A DNA stretch of 41,654 bases from a virus (Duplodnaviria > Heunggongvirae > Uroviricota > Caudoviricetes). Made by a program: the position numbers and the translations under genes. The DNA lies in the IMG/VR virus record IMGVR_UViG_2531839667_000017, positions 1-41,654 of that record; one strand, given 5' to 3'. Positions 1-10,756 of this stretch are shown one piece after another (positions within the stretch are counted from its first letter, which is position 1; each line of letters opens with the position of its first letter). The notes beneath the pieces are model-generated. The model made no database searches. It saw nothing but the letters and a program-made list of their open reading frames with translations, and was not told the DNA's origin.

Positions 1-3000
1 TTATTCTCTGGATGCGATTAATACACCGTTTTTGCGAACTTCAAAACCATAACCCGTGTAACTTGTACCTCCCGGGTTATTACCACTTCCCGGATAGCTA
101 TACGCTATTCCGTTAAAGATAATGGGCGGAATAATGATTTGACGGTCAAAGTTATGATCATCGCTGATGGTGACTGTAACCGTCCCGTTTGGTGTTTCCG
201 TGTTACCCCACGTACCAGCCTGTTTCGGGAATGATTTGGATACAGCTTTAACGAAGTCACCTCTGACCTGAGTCGCCTCCAGCATGCCCTTAATCGTACA
301 GTTTTCATTTACCGTGACATTGTTGAGCGTCCCGGCGTTCGCATTCACACTGCCACTGATATCGGCATTTTTAGCGGTCAGCTTTCCGTCTGATGTCAGG
401 GAAAATGCCGGAGGATTGCCGCCACTGGTAATGGTGGGAGCCGTCAGATATTTCAGGAACACTTCATTCATGAATATCTGATCTCCCTGACCAACAAACA
501 TCGGCGTTTCATTCCCGTTTGCCGGGTCAATAAACGCGATACGGTTAGCGGCAACCAGAAACTGGCTCAGTTTGCCTTCCTCCGAGTCCTCCATGCTGAG
601 GCCAATACCCGCGACATAATGTTTGCCGTCTTTGGTCTGCTCAATTTTGACAGCCCACATGGCATTCCACTTATCGTTGGCGTCCTTCCACTCTTTCGAA
701 AACTCCTCCAGTTTGCTGGCGTTATCCTCCGTCAGCTCGACTTTTTCCAGCAGTTCCTTGCCGAGATGGGATTCGGTTATCTGGCCTTTGAAAAAATCCA
801 GGTAACCTTCCGCATCATCGCTCGCCTGACCGACAGCCTCCACGAATGCCGATTTGCCAACGGTGTTCACACTGCGGATATAAAAGTAATAATCATGGCC
901 CGGTTTGATATTGATACTGGCGGCTATCCAGTACAGCGCCATGCCAAGATAGCGCGCGCTGGTTTCAACCTGCCTGATATCCGCAATCCGCTTTTCCGAG
1001 AACCAGAACTCAAACTGTACCGTCGGATCATAAACCGCAAGATGCGGCGTGGCGGTTATCTGAAAATAGCCCGGCGTCAGCTCAATCTGTGACGGCGCTG
1101 CCGGTGCGGCAATCCTGAACGATACCGACGCCGGATCGCCCTGCTGTCCCCACGCATTTACCGCCCGGACAGTCAGCGTGTAACTCCCCAGCGCCAGTTG
1201 TGTGAAGCGGTATGTGGTTTCCGCCGTCCGGGCTGTGCTGACCAGCCGCTCACTGCCGTCATCCGCTGCCACGGTCAGGCGAAGCATGAAACTCACGCCC
1301 TTCACCACCTTCGGCGTATCCCAGCGGGCCAGTACCTGATACTCCCCGCTGTCTGCGGTGACTTCGGCAGTCAGGTGCTGCACTGCTGGCGGCGTGACAC
1401 CATTCACCGTGCCGCTCTGGTCGCCGTCAAAGTGCGCCCCGTTATCCACGATAGCCTCTTTTTCAGGCACATGCTGCACGGCGGTGATGGCATACGTGCC
1501 GTCGTCGTTCTCACGGATACTCACGCAGCGGAACAGGCGCTGGCGCAGCGTCGGCAGCTTCAGCCCCCACACGCTGTATCCGGCAACGCCGTCAGGAACA
1601 CGGCTCACTTTTACCTTCACGCCGTCGGTGACGGACTGGACCTCCACGCTGACCGGATTGCCACTTCCGTCAACCTGGCTTATCAGCGTGGTACCGGAGG
1701 ATGGCAGCGTGATTTCACGGTCGAGCGTCAGCGTCCGGGTCTGGCTGTTCACCGCCAGTACGCGCCCGCCGGTGCTGATACCGGCATAGTCATCATCGCA
1801 GATTTCAATGACGTCTCCCGGCACATGGCGAAGCCCTTCTGCACCCACGCTGAAGTCCACGGTCTGCGTTTCCAGCAGCTCCGTTTTAATCAGCCACAGC
1901 CCGGCGCGGTGTGCCTGCCCCCGACAGGTACAGCCAAAGGCATCCATCTTCGTGACGTTACGACCGTAACGGGCAATGGCCTGCGTGTCCTCCACAAGCT
2001 CTGTTGCCGTCTCCCAGCCGTTGTTCGGGTCAATCCAGTTCACCTCAACGGCATTATGGCGGTCCTTCAGGGCGCTGAAGCTGTAGCGGAACGGTGCGCC
2101 ATCATCCGGCATCACCACATTACTGCGGTTATAGGTCCACACCTTATCCGATGGCCGGTCCTGCACGAACGTCAGCGTCTGCCCGTTCCATACCGGCATA
2201 CAGCGCATCGCCGAGCAGAAATCACTGAGCACATCCCACGCCTTGCGCTGTGTGGTCAGGTACGCATTACAGGTGATGCGCGGCTCCGTGCCGCCAGAGC
2301 CATCCGGTACCGACTGGTCGCAGTACTGGCCGATGACATACAGCGCCCATTTATCCACATCCGCCGCACCAAGACGTTTCCCCATGCCGTAGCGCGGGTG
2401 GGTCAGCATGTCCCACAGACACCAGGCCATGTTGTCGCTGTACGCTGGCTTAAACGTTCCGTCCCAGATACCGCTGTATTGCCGCGTCTGCGGGTTATAG
2501 TTCGACGGCACCTGCAGAATGCGCCCGCGAAGATGATAATTACGGCTCACCTGCTGGCTGCCGAACTGCTCCGAGTCCACCTGTACACCGACCAGTGCCG
2601 TGTTCGGGTAGCCCTGTTTCACATCGATGATTTCGGTATACGAGGACCAGATTGTTTTGTTCTGCAGCTGGTCTGTGGTGCTGTCCGGTGTCAGCCTGCG
2701 CATCCTGATATTGAACGGTCGCGGCGGCAGGTTATCCACCACCACCGAGGCCAGATACTGTGAGGTGGTTTTGCCCTTAATGGTGATGTCTTTTTCCGTC
2801 ACCCAGCCACCATTACGTTGTATCTGAACCAGCAGGCGGACTTCCGACGGATTCCGGTCCCCCTTTGAAGTGGTTTCCACCAGTGCCTGCACACCGAAGG
2901 TCAGGCGCAGACGGTCGATGTTTGCCGACGTGATGGTCCGGGTGATCGGCGTGTCATATTTCACTTCTGTACCGAGCACCGTCTCGGAGCCGGAGGATTC

Positions 3001-3243
3001 AAATCCCTCCGGCGGTGTCTGCTCCTGCTCACCGGCCCGGAACACCACCGTGACGCCGGATATATTGGTATTCCCCTCACTGTCCAGCACCGGCGTACTA
3101 TTCAGCAGCACGCTTTTTAATCCATCCACCGGACCTTCAACCGGCCCTTCGCTGATGGCATCAATCACACTCAGCAGTTGCGTGGACTTCAGGTTGTCCT
3201 TCGCTTCGCGCGGGGTATGCCCCTTACTGCTTCCTTTGCCCAT
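1..3243 (-). CDS. J: tail tip / host specificity protein J (central fibre)
   Basis: 1080-aa ORF with ATG at 3241-3243 and TAA at 1-3; N-terminal ~950 aa collinear with lambda J as recalled ([24 protein letters not shown]...); C-terminal ~130 aa diverges. Confidence 0.9.
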   Translation of the reverse strand: MGKGSSKGHTPREAKDNLKSTQLLSVIDAISEGPVEGPVDGLKSVLLNSTPVLDSEGNTNISGVTVVFRAGEQEQTPPEGFESSGSETVLGTEVKYDTPITRTITSANIDRLRLTFGVQALVETTSKGDRNPSEVRLLVQIQRNGGWVTEKDITIKGKTTSQYLASVVVDNLPPRPFNIRMRRLTPDSTTDQLQNKTIWSSYTEIIDVKQGYPNTALVGVQVDSEQFGSQQVSRNYHLRGRILQVPSNYNPQTRQYSGIWDGTFKPAYSDNMAWCLWDMLTHPRYGMGKRLGAADVDKWALYVIGQYCDQSVPDGSGGTEPRITCNAYLTTQRKAWDVLSDFCSAMRCMPVWNGQTLTFVQDRPSDKVWTYNRSNVVMPDDGAPFRYSFSALKDRHNAVEVNWIDPNNGWETATELVEDTQAIARYGRNVTKMDAFGCTCRGQAHRAGLWLIKTELLETQTVDFSVGAEGLRHVPGDVIEICDDDYAGISTGGRVLAVNSQTRTLTLDREITLPSSGTTLISQVDGSGNPVSVEVQSVTDGVKVKVSRVPDGVAGYSVWGLKLPTLRQRLFRCVSIRENDDGTYAITAVQHVPEKEAIVDNGAHFDGDQSGTVNGVTPPAVQHLTAEVTADSGEYQVLARWDTPKVVKGVSFMLRLTVAADDGSERLVSTARTAETTYRFTQLALGSYTLTVRAVNAWGQQGDPASVSFRIAAPAAPSQIELTPGYFQITATPHLAVYDPTVQFEFWFSEKRIADIRQVETSARYLGMALYWIAASINIKPGHDYYFYIRSVNTVGKSAFVEAVGQASDDAEGYLDFFKGQITESHLGKELLEKVELTEDNASKLEEFSKEWKDANDKWNAMWAVKIEQTKDGKHYVAGIGLSMEDSEEGKLSQFLVAANRIAFIDPANGNETPMFVGQGDQIFMNEVFLKYLTAPTITSGGNPPAFSLTSDGKLTAKNADISGSVNANAGTLNNVTVNENCTIKGMLEATQVRGDFVKAVSKSFPKQAGTWGNTETPNGTVTVTISDDHNFDRQIIIPPIIFNGIAYSYPGSGNNPGGTSYTGYGFEVRKNGVLIASRE

Positions 3244-3303
3244 TCGTCATGCTCCATAAACGACAAAACCGCCCGGAGGCGGTTTCACATGAAATATTTT
3301 GCA

Positions 3304-3975
3304 TCAGCGGCCAATCACCACAACCTGACCACCGTCCCCTTCGTCTGCCGTGCTGATCTCCTGAGAAACCACGCGTGACCCCACGCGCATTTCACCGTAC
3401 AGAACCGGCAGAACATTGCCCTGGGCAACCATGTTATCCAGTGAGGAGAAATAGGTGTTTTGTTTGCCGTTATCCGTTGTCTGTGTACGGGGAGTTCTGG
3501 CTTTCGGTGCCAGCATTTGCGCCACACCACCGAGCACCATACTGGCACCGAGAGAAAACAGGATGCCGGTCATACCACCGGCCCCAATGGCTGCCCCCCA
3601 TGCTGCAAGGGTGGCTCCGGCGGTAAAGAATGATCCGGCAATGGCGGCAGCCCCCAGGACAATCTGGAATACGCCACCTGACTTGGCCCCGGCGACTCTG
3701 GGAACAATATGAATCACAGCGCCATCAGGCAGAGTATCATGTAACTGCGCCGTTAACCCGGACGTGCTGACGTCCCGCCCGGCAATCCGTACCTGATACC
3801 AACCGTCGCTCAGTTTCTGACGAAACGCCGGAAGCTGTGTGGCCAGCGCCCGGATGGCTTCAGCACCCGTTTTCACACGAAGGTCGATGCGGCGGCCAAA
3901 TCGTTGTAAATCCCCGTAAAGGCAGATGCGTGCCATGCCCGGTGACGCCAGAGGGAGTGTGTGCGTCGCTGCCAT
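3304..3975 (-). CDS. I: tail assembly protein I
   Basis: 223 aa, MAATHTLPLASPGMARICLYGDLQRF... matches lambda I; position between K and J. Confidence 0.88.
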   Translation of the reverse strand: MAATHTLPLASPGMARICLYGDLQRFGRRIDLRVKTGAEAIRALATQLPAFRQKLSDGWYQVRIAGRDVSTSGLTAQLHDTLPDGAVIHIVPRVAGAKSGGVFQIVLGAAAIAGSFFTAGATLAAWGAAIGAGGMTGILFSLGASMVLGGVAQMLAPKARTPRTQTTDNGKQNTYFSSLDNMVAQGNVLPVLYGEMRVGSRVVSQEISTADEGDGGQVVVIGR

Positions 3976-4616
3976 TTGTCGGTATACCTCTCTCGTTTGC
4001 TCAGTTGTTCAGGAATATGGTGCAGCAGCTCGCCGTCACCACAGTAAATGGCGGCATGATTCGGCACCGATGAACCAAAGCAGCACAGCAGCACATCGCC
4101 CGGCTGCGCCGCTGACAACGGCACCTGATACAGCCCCGTTGCCTCCAGATTATCCAGATAGAGATTCTGACCGTGACGCCACCAGTCATCCTCCCGCGTA
4201 AAATCCGGCATCTCAATCCCCGCCAGATGGTAAGCGTCCCGGAACAGCGTGTAACAGTCCGTCACCCCGTGCTCAAAGCGCCGCCCGGTGAGATGCGGCA
4301 CACAGCGGAACTTGTGAATCGCCCCCCGGCAGACCAGCCACCACGGCAAATCACTCTGCACCTGCAGCCGCCGGTCGGCCTCACTCAGCCAGGGCAGACC
4401 ACCGGGATGACTGTGGACCAGCGCCACAATCTCACCCTGCATCTCTGCCTGCAGCCAGTCCTCCGGCGACATCCGGAAATAATCCTCCGGCTCACCGGAG
4501 ATATTCACGCAGGGAAAATATCTTTCCCCCTCCGGCGTTCTCACCACGAAGCCGCACGACTCCGCTGGCGCACATCGCCGGGCGTGCGCCAGAATCGCTG
4601 ATTCTGTCTCTGTCAT
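3873..4616 (-). CDS. K: tail assembly protein K (MPN/JAMM plus NlpC/P60-like domains)
   Basis: 247-aa ORF with HSHP...D JAMM-like motif and C-terminal Cys/His peptidase-like region; ATG at 4614-4616 is 5 nt downstream of the L stop; 3' end overlaps I by 103 nt as in lambda. Confidence 0.85.
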   Translation of the reverse strand: MTETESAILAHARRCAPAESCGFVVRTPEGERYFPCVNISGEPEDYFRMSPEDWLQAEMQGEIVALVHSHPGGLPWLSEADRRLQVQSDLPWWLVCRGAIHKFRCVPHLTGRRFEHGVTDCYTLFRDAYHLAGIEMPDFTREDDWWRHGQNLYLDNLEATGLYQVPLSAAQPGDVLLCCFGSSVPNHAAIYCGDGELLHHIPEQLSKRERYTDKWQRRTHSLWRHRAWHASAFTGIYNDLAAASTFV

Positions 4617-4621
4617 GGGAT

Positions 4622-5320
4622 TTACTGCGAAAGTTTGTTAATGGAAAGGAAGCCGCCAAAGTTGCCGACGTTATTGCGAAACTTACAGCCACTCAGGCAT
4701 TTGCTGCATTTATCCTTCGTGATATCGGACGTCGGCTGGTCATATTCATCCGCGACCGCCGGACCGCTATAACCGCACTCATCACCGCGATAGGTCCAGG
4801 TACAGGTGTTGGCCAGCATGATGCGCCCCGGAAAAACAGCACCATCCGTTTCCGTCGGTGTGGACAACACAAAGGAGGCACTGACCGCGCTCAGTTCGCT
4901 GCACTGCTCGATGCGCCAGCGGCTGATCACCTCCTGCTCCGGATCGGCATCGCTGTTTCCGTTGACGAAGTTCACCGCATCCAGAAAACGGGCGTAAACC
5001 TTACGCCTGACCACCGTTCCGCCGACCAGACTCTGCAGATCTTCCACCATCCCGGTGACCATGCCGTACAGGTTAGAGACTGCCAGCGTGGGGCGCGTAC
5101 TGGTGCCTTTGCCATTCAGTTCAAAACCACTCCCCTGAATGGGATACGCCAGATACTGCCGCCCCTGCCAGGTGACCGGCTCACCTTTTTCGTTCTGCTC
5201 ATTACAGAAAAAATAACGTTCACCACCGACCTCTGTCAGATCGATTTCCCAGAGCACCACGCTGGCCGACTGCTCCGCACGGGTGCATTCATTCAGTGTT
5301 TCCTGCCGGATATCCTGCAT
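4622..5320 (-). CDS. L: minor tail protein L
   Basis: 232 aa, same length as lambda L with strong similarity; conserved position. Confidence 0.9.
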   Translation of the reverse strand: MQDIRQETLNECTRAEQSASVVLWEIDLTEVGGERYFFCNEQNEKGEPVTWQGRQYLAYPIQGSGFELNGKGTSTRPTLAVSNLYGMVTGMVEDLQSLVGGTVVRRKVYARFLDAVNFVNGNSDADPEQEVISRWRIEQCSELSAVSASFVLSTPTETDGAVFPGRIMLANTCTWTYRGDECGYSGPAVADEYDQPTSDITKDKCSKCLSGCKFRNNVGNFGGFLSINKLSQ

Positions 5321-5649
5321 CAGTTCACCACCTGTTTAAACTCTGCGCTGAACTCAACACGCAGCATACTGACCCGCGACGTCCATTTTGCGCAGGTCAC
5401 CTTTATCTGCCGCCAGTCATAAGGCGGCGTCCACAGAAAGGCTTTCCAGCCTCCGTGCTCTGCCAGAAACGATTCCAGCGCCGTGGCCTCCCAACGGGGG
5501 ACAGAAATCGTCACGCTGTACGTTTTCAGGTTGGCATTCAGCCCGGCAGGCGCGCGCTGGGAGTAACCATCACCAAAGCGCACCTCCCTGACGGAAGGAG
5601 TCGAAGCCACATCCATACCCGGTTTCACTTTCCAGCGGAAGGTTTTCAT
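5320..5649 (-). CDS. M: minor tail protein M
   Basis: 109 aa, MKTFRWKVKPGMDVASTPSVREVRFGDGYSQ...; lambda M-like. Confidence 0.9.
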   Translation of the reverse strand: MKTFRWKVKPGMDVASTPSVREVRFGDGYSQRAPAGLNANLKTYSVTISVPRWEATALESFLAEHGGWKAFLWTPPYDWRQIKVTCAKWTSRVSMLRVEFSAEFKQVVN

Positions 5650-8225
5650 CGTCCACCTCCGGAGAACAGACCACCATCACGCATCTGCCCGGTCACAACA
5701 TCCATTGCCGCCTTACGGGCTACGTCATAAACCGCCTTCAGCGCCTGTGGCCCTATCTGACCGTTCGTGCCGTCGTTGTTAATCACCACATGGTTATTCT
5801 GCTCAAACTTCCCGGACGCCTGCGACCGACTGTCCGCCATGCTGCCCGGTGTACCGACATAACCGCCGGTGGCATAGCCGCGCATCAGCCGGTAAAGATT
5901 CCCCACGCCAATCCGGCTGGTTGCCTCCTTCGTGAAGACAAATTCACCACGGTGAACAATCCCCGCTGGCTCATATTTGCCGCCGGTTCCCGTAAATCCT
6001 CCGGTCGCAAAATGGAGTTTCGCCGCAGCGGCCTGAATGGCTGCACCACCTGACGCTGATGAGCCGCCACCGGTAGCACCTCCAATGGCGCTGCCGATAC
6101 TCCCGACAATCCCCACCATTGCCTGCTTAAGCAGAATTTCTGTCATCATGGACAGCACGGAACGGGTGAAGCTGCGCCAGTTCTGTTCACTGCCGGTCAG
6201 CATCGCCGCCATATTCTGTGCAATACCATCAAAGGTCTGCGTGGCTGCACTTTTAACCTGCGACATACTGTCCGTGGCGCTCTCTTCCCACTCACTCCAG
6301 CCGGACTTCAGGCCTGCCATCCAGCTCCCACGAAGCTGGTCTTCAGCCGCCCAGGTCTTTTTCTGCTCTGACATGACGTTATTCAGCGCCAGCGGATTAT
6401 CGCCATACTCCTCCTTCAGGCGCTGTTCCGTGCCTTCCCGTTCTGCCTGCCGGTCAGTCAGCCCCCGGCTTTTCGCATCAATGGCGGCCCGTTTTGCCCG
6501 TTGCTGCTGTGCGAATTTATCCGCCTGCTGCGCCAGCGCGTTCAGGTGCTCCTGATACGTAACCTTGTCGCCAAGTGCAGCCAGCTGGCGCTTGTACTCC
6601 AGCGTCTCATCTTTATGCGCCAGCAGGGATTTCTCCTGTGCAGACAGCTGGCGACGTTGCGCCGCCTCCTCCAGTACCGCGAACTGATTCTCCGCCTTCC
6701 ACAAATCCCGGCGCTGCTGGCTGATTTTCTCATTCGCTCCGGCATGCTTCTCCAGCGTCCGGAGTTCTGCCTGAAGCGTCAGAAGGGCAGCATGAGCACT
6801 GTCTTCCTGACGATCGCCCGCAGACACCTTCACGCCGGAGTGCTTCGGCTTTTTCAGCGTCGCTTCATAGTCCTTTTTCGCCGCCGCCATCAGCGTGTTG
6901 TAATCTGCCTGCAGGATTTTCCCGTCCTTCAGTGCCTTGTTCAGTTCTTCCTGACGGGCGGTATATTTCTCCAGCGGCGTCTGCAGGCGTTCGTAAGCCT
7001 TCTGCGCCTCTTCGGTATATTTCAGCCGTGATGCCTCAGAGTCGGCCCAGTCCTTTGCTGCCATCTCTCTGGCCTTTTCAAGATCGGCCTTCAACGTGGC
7101 GGCTGAAAGCCCAAGTTGCGCATTCACTCTGTCCTCCCATGCTCCACGGAGATTGGCAAGAAATGCTGAGGTTTTACCGCGCCGGTGGCTTCGGCTCTGA
7201 TACCACTGCCATTTTTTATCCGCTTCATCAAAAGCCTTTTCAGCTTTGGCGAGCATATCTGCAGAGGAGTCCGGGCGGCCAATATCCAGCACCGCATCCC
7301 ACATGGATTTGAATGCCTGTGCAGTCTTGTCAGCCCAGGTCTCCAGCGTACCCATGTTCTCTTTCAGGCGGCGGGTCTGGTCATCAAACCCTTTCGTTGC
7401 GGCCTCGTTCGCCGCCTGCAACGCCCCGGCCCCATCGCCGGAACGCTGCAACTGAGCAACATACGCAATCTGTTCCGCCGTCACGTTATGGAACTGGCGC
7501 GCCATCGCCGTCAACCCAGACGTCGGGTCAGTGGTCAGCTTCCCGAAGGCTTCAGCGACCTTGTCCACCTCCACGCCGGATGCAGAGGAGAAACGCGCCA
7601 CACTCTGGCTGATTGCCTCAAACTGCTCACCACCACGCACACCGGCATTCACCAGCGCCGTCAGTGACTCGCTGGTCTGGTTAAACGTCAGCCCTGCCGC
7701 CTGCCCGGATCTGGACAGGGCCAGCATACGATCTGCCGTCAGTCCCGCCTGATTACCGGAAAGGACCAGCGTTTTGTTGAAATTAGACAGGGTTGAGTCA
7801 CCCTGATACCAGGCATACGCCAGCGCACCGGTCGCCACCGCTAGCGAAGTGATACCAACCATCGGCAGGGTGATCGCACCGGCAAGCCCCCTGAACATGG
7901 GGATCATCCCGCCGAAGGAGTCCTTCACCTGACCGCCCTGTTGCAGCAGGATCAGCCACGGACTTTGCCCGCCTGCAAGCTGCGTGGCCACGTCGGTGAA
8001 CTGCGCAGGCAGCATACGCATGGCAGCTTTATACTGCCCGACGGAAATCCCCGCTTTCTGTGCAGCCAGCGCCTGTCGGTTCATCGACTGTTCAACGACT
8101 GCCGCTGTTTTTTTCGCATCACTTTCCGTACCGGAAAAATGACGCCTGACTCTGGCCATCTGCTCGTCAAATCTGGCCGCATCCAGACTCAAATCAACGA
8201 CCAGATCACCTACCGGTTCAGCCAT
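5646..8225 (-). CDS. H: tail tape measure protein H
   Basis: 859 aa, Ala/Gln-rich coiled-coil centre and Gly-rich C-terminus; lambda H-like; follows G-T. Confidence 0.9.
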   Translation of the reverse strand: MAEPVGDLVVDLSLDAARFDEQMARVRRHFSGTESDAKKTAAVVEQSMNRQALAAQKAGISVGQYKAAMRMLPAQFTDVATQLAGGQSPWLILLQQGGQVKDSFGGMIPMFRGLAGAITLPMVGITSLAVATGALAYAWYQGDSTLSNFNKTLVLSGNQAGLTADRMLALSRSGQAAGLTFNQTSESLTALVNAGVRGGEQFEAISQSVARFSSASGVEVDKVAEAFGKLTTDPTSGLTAMARQFHNVTAEQIAYVAQLQRSGDGAGALQAANEAATKGFDDQTRRLKENMGTLETWADKTAQAFKSMWDAVLDIGRPDSSADMLAKAEKAFDEADKKWQWYQSRSHRRGKTSAFLANLRGAWEDRVNAQLGLSAATLKADLEKAREMAAKDWADSEASRLKYTEEAQKAYERLQTPLEKYTARQEELNKALKDGKILQADYNTLMAAAKKDYEATLKKPKHSGVKVSAGDRQEDSAHAALLTLQAELRTLEKHAGANEKISQQRRDLWKAENQFAVLEEAAQRRQLSAQEKSLLAHKDETLEYKRQLAALGDKVTYQEHLNALAQQADKFAQQQRAKRAAIDAKSRGLTDRQAEREGTEQRLKEEYGDNPLALNNVMSEQKKTWAAEDQLRGSWMAGLKSGWSEWEESATDSMSQVKSAATQTFDGIAQNMAAMLTGSEQNWRSFTRSVLSMMTEILLKQAMVGIVGSIGSAIGGATGGGSSASGGAAIQAAAAKLHFATGGFTGTGGKYEPAGIVHRGEFVFTKEATSRIGVGNLYRLMRGYATGGYVGTPGSMADSRSQASGKFEQNNHVVINNDGTNGQIGPQALKAVYDVARKAAMDVVTGQMRDGGLFSGGGR

Positions 8226-9056
8226 ACCGGACTCCTCCTGCGATCCCTTCTGATACTGTCATCAGCATTACGTCATCCTCCGTCATGTCCGCCACATCCG
8301 GGGAAGCGGGGATAACTTCATTCCCGTCAGGGCCAAAACGAACGCCTCCGGCAAGCCCTGCCGCTTTCTGCATCAGCACATCATCTTCAGGCTCTTCGTC
8401 AGCCTCACGCCGGCTCAGCAGACTGAAATCCAGCGGATGCATATCCGGATCGCTGAAAAACAGGCTGAGCACGGTGTACGTCAGCCCGGAAAAGTGCATA
8501 TCCAGCAGAACATCATGAAAATAATGGGTACTGTAAAAGCGGTGCCAGTCGGCATACTCCGTGGATGACATCCCGGCAAGCATGGCGCGCCAGTCGGGTC
8601 GCCCCATCTCACGCGCCAGTTTCAGGGCAAAACTCAGCTCACCGTCGAACACTTTCCCGCAGAAACAGGCTCTGCAGGCCCGGCGTCATCTGTCTGTTCA
8701 GGGGCATTATTCACAACAAACTCAGACATTCCGGACAGACGTAACACAACGTTTTCAGCCTGAGCAATTGCCTCCGTGGGCCAGGTGGTAAGCACTTCCT
8801 GCTCAATCTGCGTAATGGCTTCATTCATGGACGGCAGCTTTGTTTTCTGCGGATGGTTATGCCACAGAGACATCGCCACCAGAAACGCCCCGCCTCTGAT
8901 AAGATCCTCTACAGACACCTGCAGGTTGCCACTGGATTCAGCCTTTTTTTCCTGCTCTTTCAACCAAGCAAGATGCTCAATACGCTGCAGGGCTGACAGT
9001 TCAGAAAGCGTGACGGTCACGCCGTTATGTTCAAATGATTCGGTTTTCAGGAACAT
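8218..9056 (-). CDS. T: tail assembly chaperone G-T fusion, made by programmed -1 ribosomal frameshift at GGGAAAG
   Basis: After a -1 slip at G GGA AAG the reading continues VFDGELSFALKLAREMGR... (T frame, 8218-8652), which has no independent start with an RBS; the arrangement is the lambda G/GT one. Confidence 0.85.
8634..9056 (-). CDS. G: tail assembly chaperone G
   Basis: 140 aa ending ...PVSAGKCSTVS; slippery heptamer G GGA AAG is in the last codons (minus-strand equivalent of 8652-8658). Confidence 0.9.
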   Translation of the reverse strand: MFLKTESFEHNGVTVTLSELSALQRIEHLAWLKEQEKKAESSGNLQVSVEDLIRGGAFLVAMSLWHNHPQKTKLPSMNEAITQIEQEVLTTWPTEAIAQAENVVLRLSGMSEFVVNNAPEQTDDAGPAEPVSAGKCSTVS

Positions 9057-9071
9057 CTCTGACTCTCCGGA

Positions 9072-9812
9072 TTAGCTGTCGGTGACGTTGATTTCTGCAA
9101 CCGCAGCAAACTCACCATTACCGGATACGACCGGAATGTTGACCTTGCCTGCAGCAACGCCCTTCACGGTGATGGTCATCCCACTGACCGACACGGTGGC
9201 TTTTGTTTTATCCGCTGACACCGCACGGAAGCTCTTGTCGGTTGCGCCTTCCGGCTGGAATGCCACGGTCAGCGTGGTGCTCTGCCCTTTCACTACGGAA
9301 GCACTGGCTGGCGTTACCGTCATGCCGGTTGCCGCTGTCACCGTGCTGCGATCTTCTGCCATTGACGGACGGCCCACATTGGTGACCTTCACCGTACGGG
9401 TGATCACTTCCTTCGCCGTCACTGCCTTACCGATACTGCTGACCCAGCCACGGAACACATCGACCGTGCCGTTCGGGAAGCGGATTTTATAGGCACGGGT
9501 ATCGCCTTCATTAAACCACGCCAGCAGCGCCTGCTGCCCCTGCTCTCCGGGCATCCACGCCAGCGTGAAGCTGGTATCTCCGGCGGATTTCTGCCCCTGC
9601 CCGGTCGCGGCCCAGTCCGGATCTTCATCATCGAGATAACTGTCGTCATAGGACTCTGCGGTCAGTTCGCCGGGCGTCAGTTCTTTAACTTTTGCCAGAC
9701 GCGACCAGTCAACGTCTGAAAGCGGGTTCGCATAAGGGTCACCGTTCCCCTTATAAACCCACAGGGTGGTTCCGGCCCCTTTCACCGGTGCCAGAGGATT
9801 TGGTGTTGGCAT
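9072..9812 (-). CDS. V: major tail tube protein V
   Basis: 246 aa from ATG 9810-9812 ([22 protein letters not shown]...) with GAGGA SD; Ig-like C-terminus; ORF-track start at 9842 is probably an over-extension. Confidence 0.88.
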   Translation of the reverse strand: MPTPNPLAPVKGAGTTLWVYKGNGDPYANPLSDVDWSRLAKVKELTPGELTAESYDDSYLDDEDPDWAATGQGQKSAGDTSFTLAWMPGEQGQQALLAWFNEGDTRAYKIRFPNGTVDVFRGWVSSIGKAVTAKEVITRTVKVTNVGRPSMAEDRSTVTAATGMTVTPASASVVKGQSTTLTVAFQPEGATDKSFRAVSADKTKATVSVSGMTITVKGVAAGKVNIPVVSGNGEFAAVAEINVTDS

Positions 9813-9819
9813 ATCGTCC

Positions 9820-10215
9820 TCACATTTCATAGGTAATGACATAAGTCAGATCGGCTGAACTCCACAGGCCCGCATCATCGTCGCGCCGGTAGTCATAGCC
9901 ACTGGCCACCATACTGGTGATCAAATCTGACAGTGCCGGGATATCGTTCATCACCGGATAAATCCGGGACTCCATCCACGCATCCAGCTCTGAATCCGGT
10001 ACCTGAGCAGGCAGGAAAACTTCAATATGCAGCTCCGCCTGCCAGGTATCGCTGTCCAGCTCTTCGCCCGTGTATTCAGCGCCGGTGAGATAAACGGCAA
10101 CTGCCGGAAAATCCGCCTCATCAAAAACAGCGGGGCGACCATCAAAAAGCGTCGCCCCGGTGTCATGCTTCTCCAGTGCATCCAGTACGGCTGCACGGAG
10201 TTCAGTATGTTTCAT
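9820..10215 (-). CDS. U: tail terminator protein U
   Basis: 131 aa, lambda U-like; start codon overlaps the Z stop (ATGA). Confidence 0.9.
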   Translation of the reverse strand: MKHTELRAAVLDALEKHDTGATLFDGRPAVFDEADFPAVAVYLTGAEYTGEELDSDTWQAELHIEVFLPAQVPDSELDAWMESRIYPVMNDIPALSDLITSMVASGYDYRRDDDAGLWSSADLTYVITYEM

Positions 10216-10745
10216 CGCTTTATTACCATCCTCAGTTGATGCTGCAGCGCATAGCCCAGCTCTTTCGGAAGACGCTCACGCCGTATCTGTTCAATATTCT
10301 GTTTAAACGCCGTGGTCAGCGGCACCGCCATCGGGATTTTCACCACATCAATGGGGTAACGGTTTTTCCCGGCCACACGCTGCATGACATGCCAGCGACC
10401 ATTTTTTAATCGCTGGATAAATGCCCGCTGATAACGATGCTGACCGGCCCGTAGCGTACTGTTGGGACGACTTCCGGTGATCCGTATCCCCAGTTTGATG
10501 ACAGGTAAATCACCGCGGTTAACAATGATTTTTACGTGCGGATTTTTGACCGTGGCCTTTTTCAGTCTGGCCCTTTCCTTTACCAGTTTTCGCCGCACCT
10601 TTGTCTCACGGGCAACCTGTGACGCCGACTGATTCATTGCCGTTGTGGCCACGCGGTTAATGGCCATTGCGGAGGCACCGGGCACTGCCGTTTTGCTGAT
10701 ACGGCTGAGGTTTTCAACGGCCTGCTCAAGACCTTTTATGGCCAT
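10212..10745 (-). CDS. Z: tail completion protein Z
   Basis: 177 aa, lambda Z-like sequence and position. Confidence 0.85.
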   Translation of the reverse strand: MAIKGLEQAVENLSRISKTAVPGASAMAINRVATTAMNQSASQVARETKVRRKLVKERARLKKATVKNPHVKIIVNRGDLPVIKLGIRITGSRPNSTLRAGQHRYQRAFIQRLKNGRWHVMQRVAGKNRYPIDVVKIPMAVPLTTAFKQNIEQIRRERLPKELGYALQHQLRMVIKR

Positions 10746-10756
10746 ACCTCCTCCTT

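Noticed and set aside
619-2763. Plus-strand ORFs (157 aa at 619-1092, 521 aa at 1198-2763, and others) antisense to J
   Set aside because: They lie opposite a strongly supported lambda J reading frame; high GC and a long ORF on the other strand make antisense ORFs expected by chance; no RBS or motif.
6037-7752. Cluster of plus-strand ORFs antisense to the tape measure gene H
   Set aside because: Antisense to a confidently assigned gene; repetitive Ala/Arg/Pro-rich translations typical of spurious frames.
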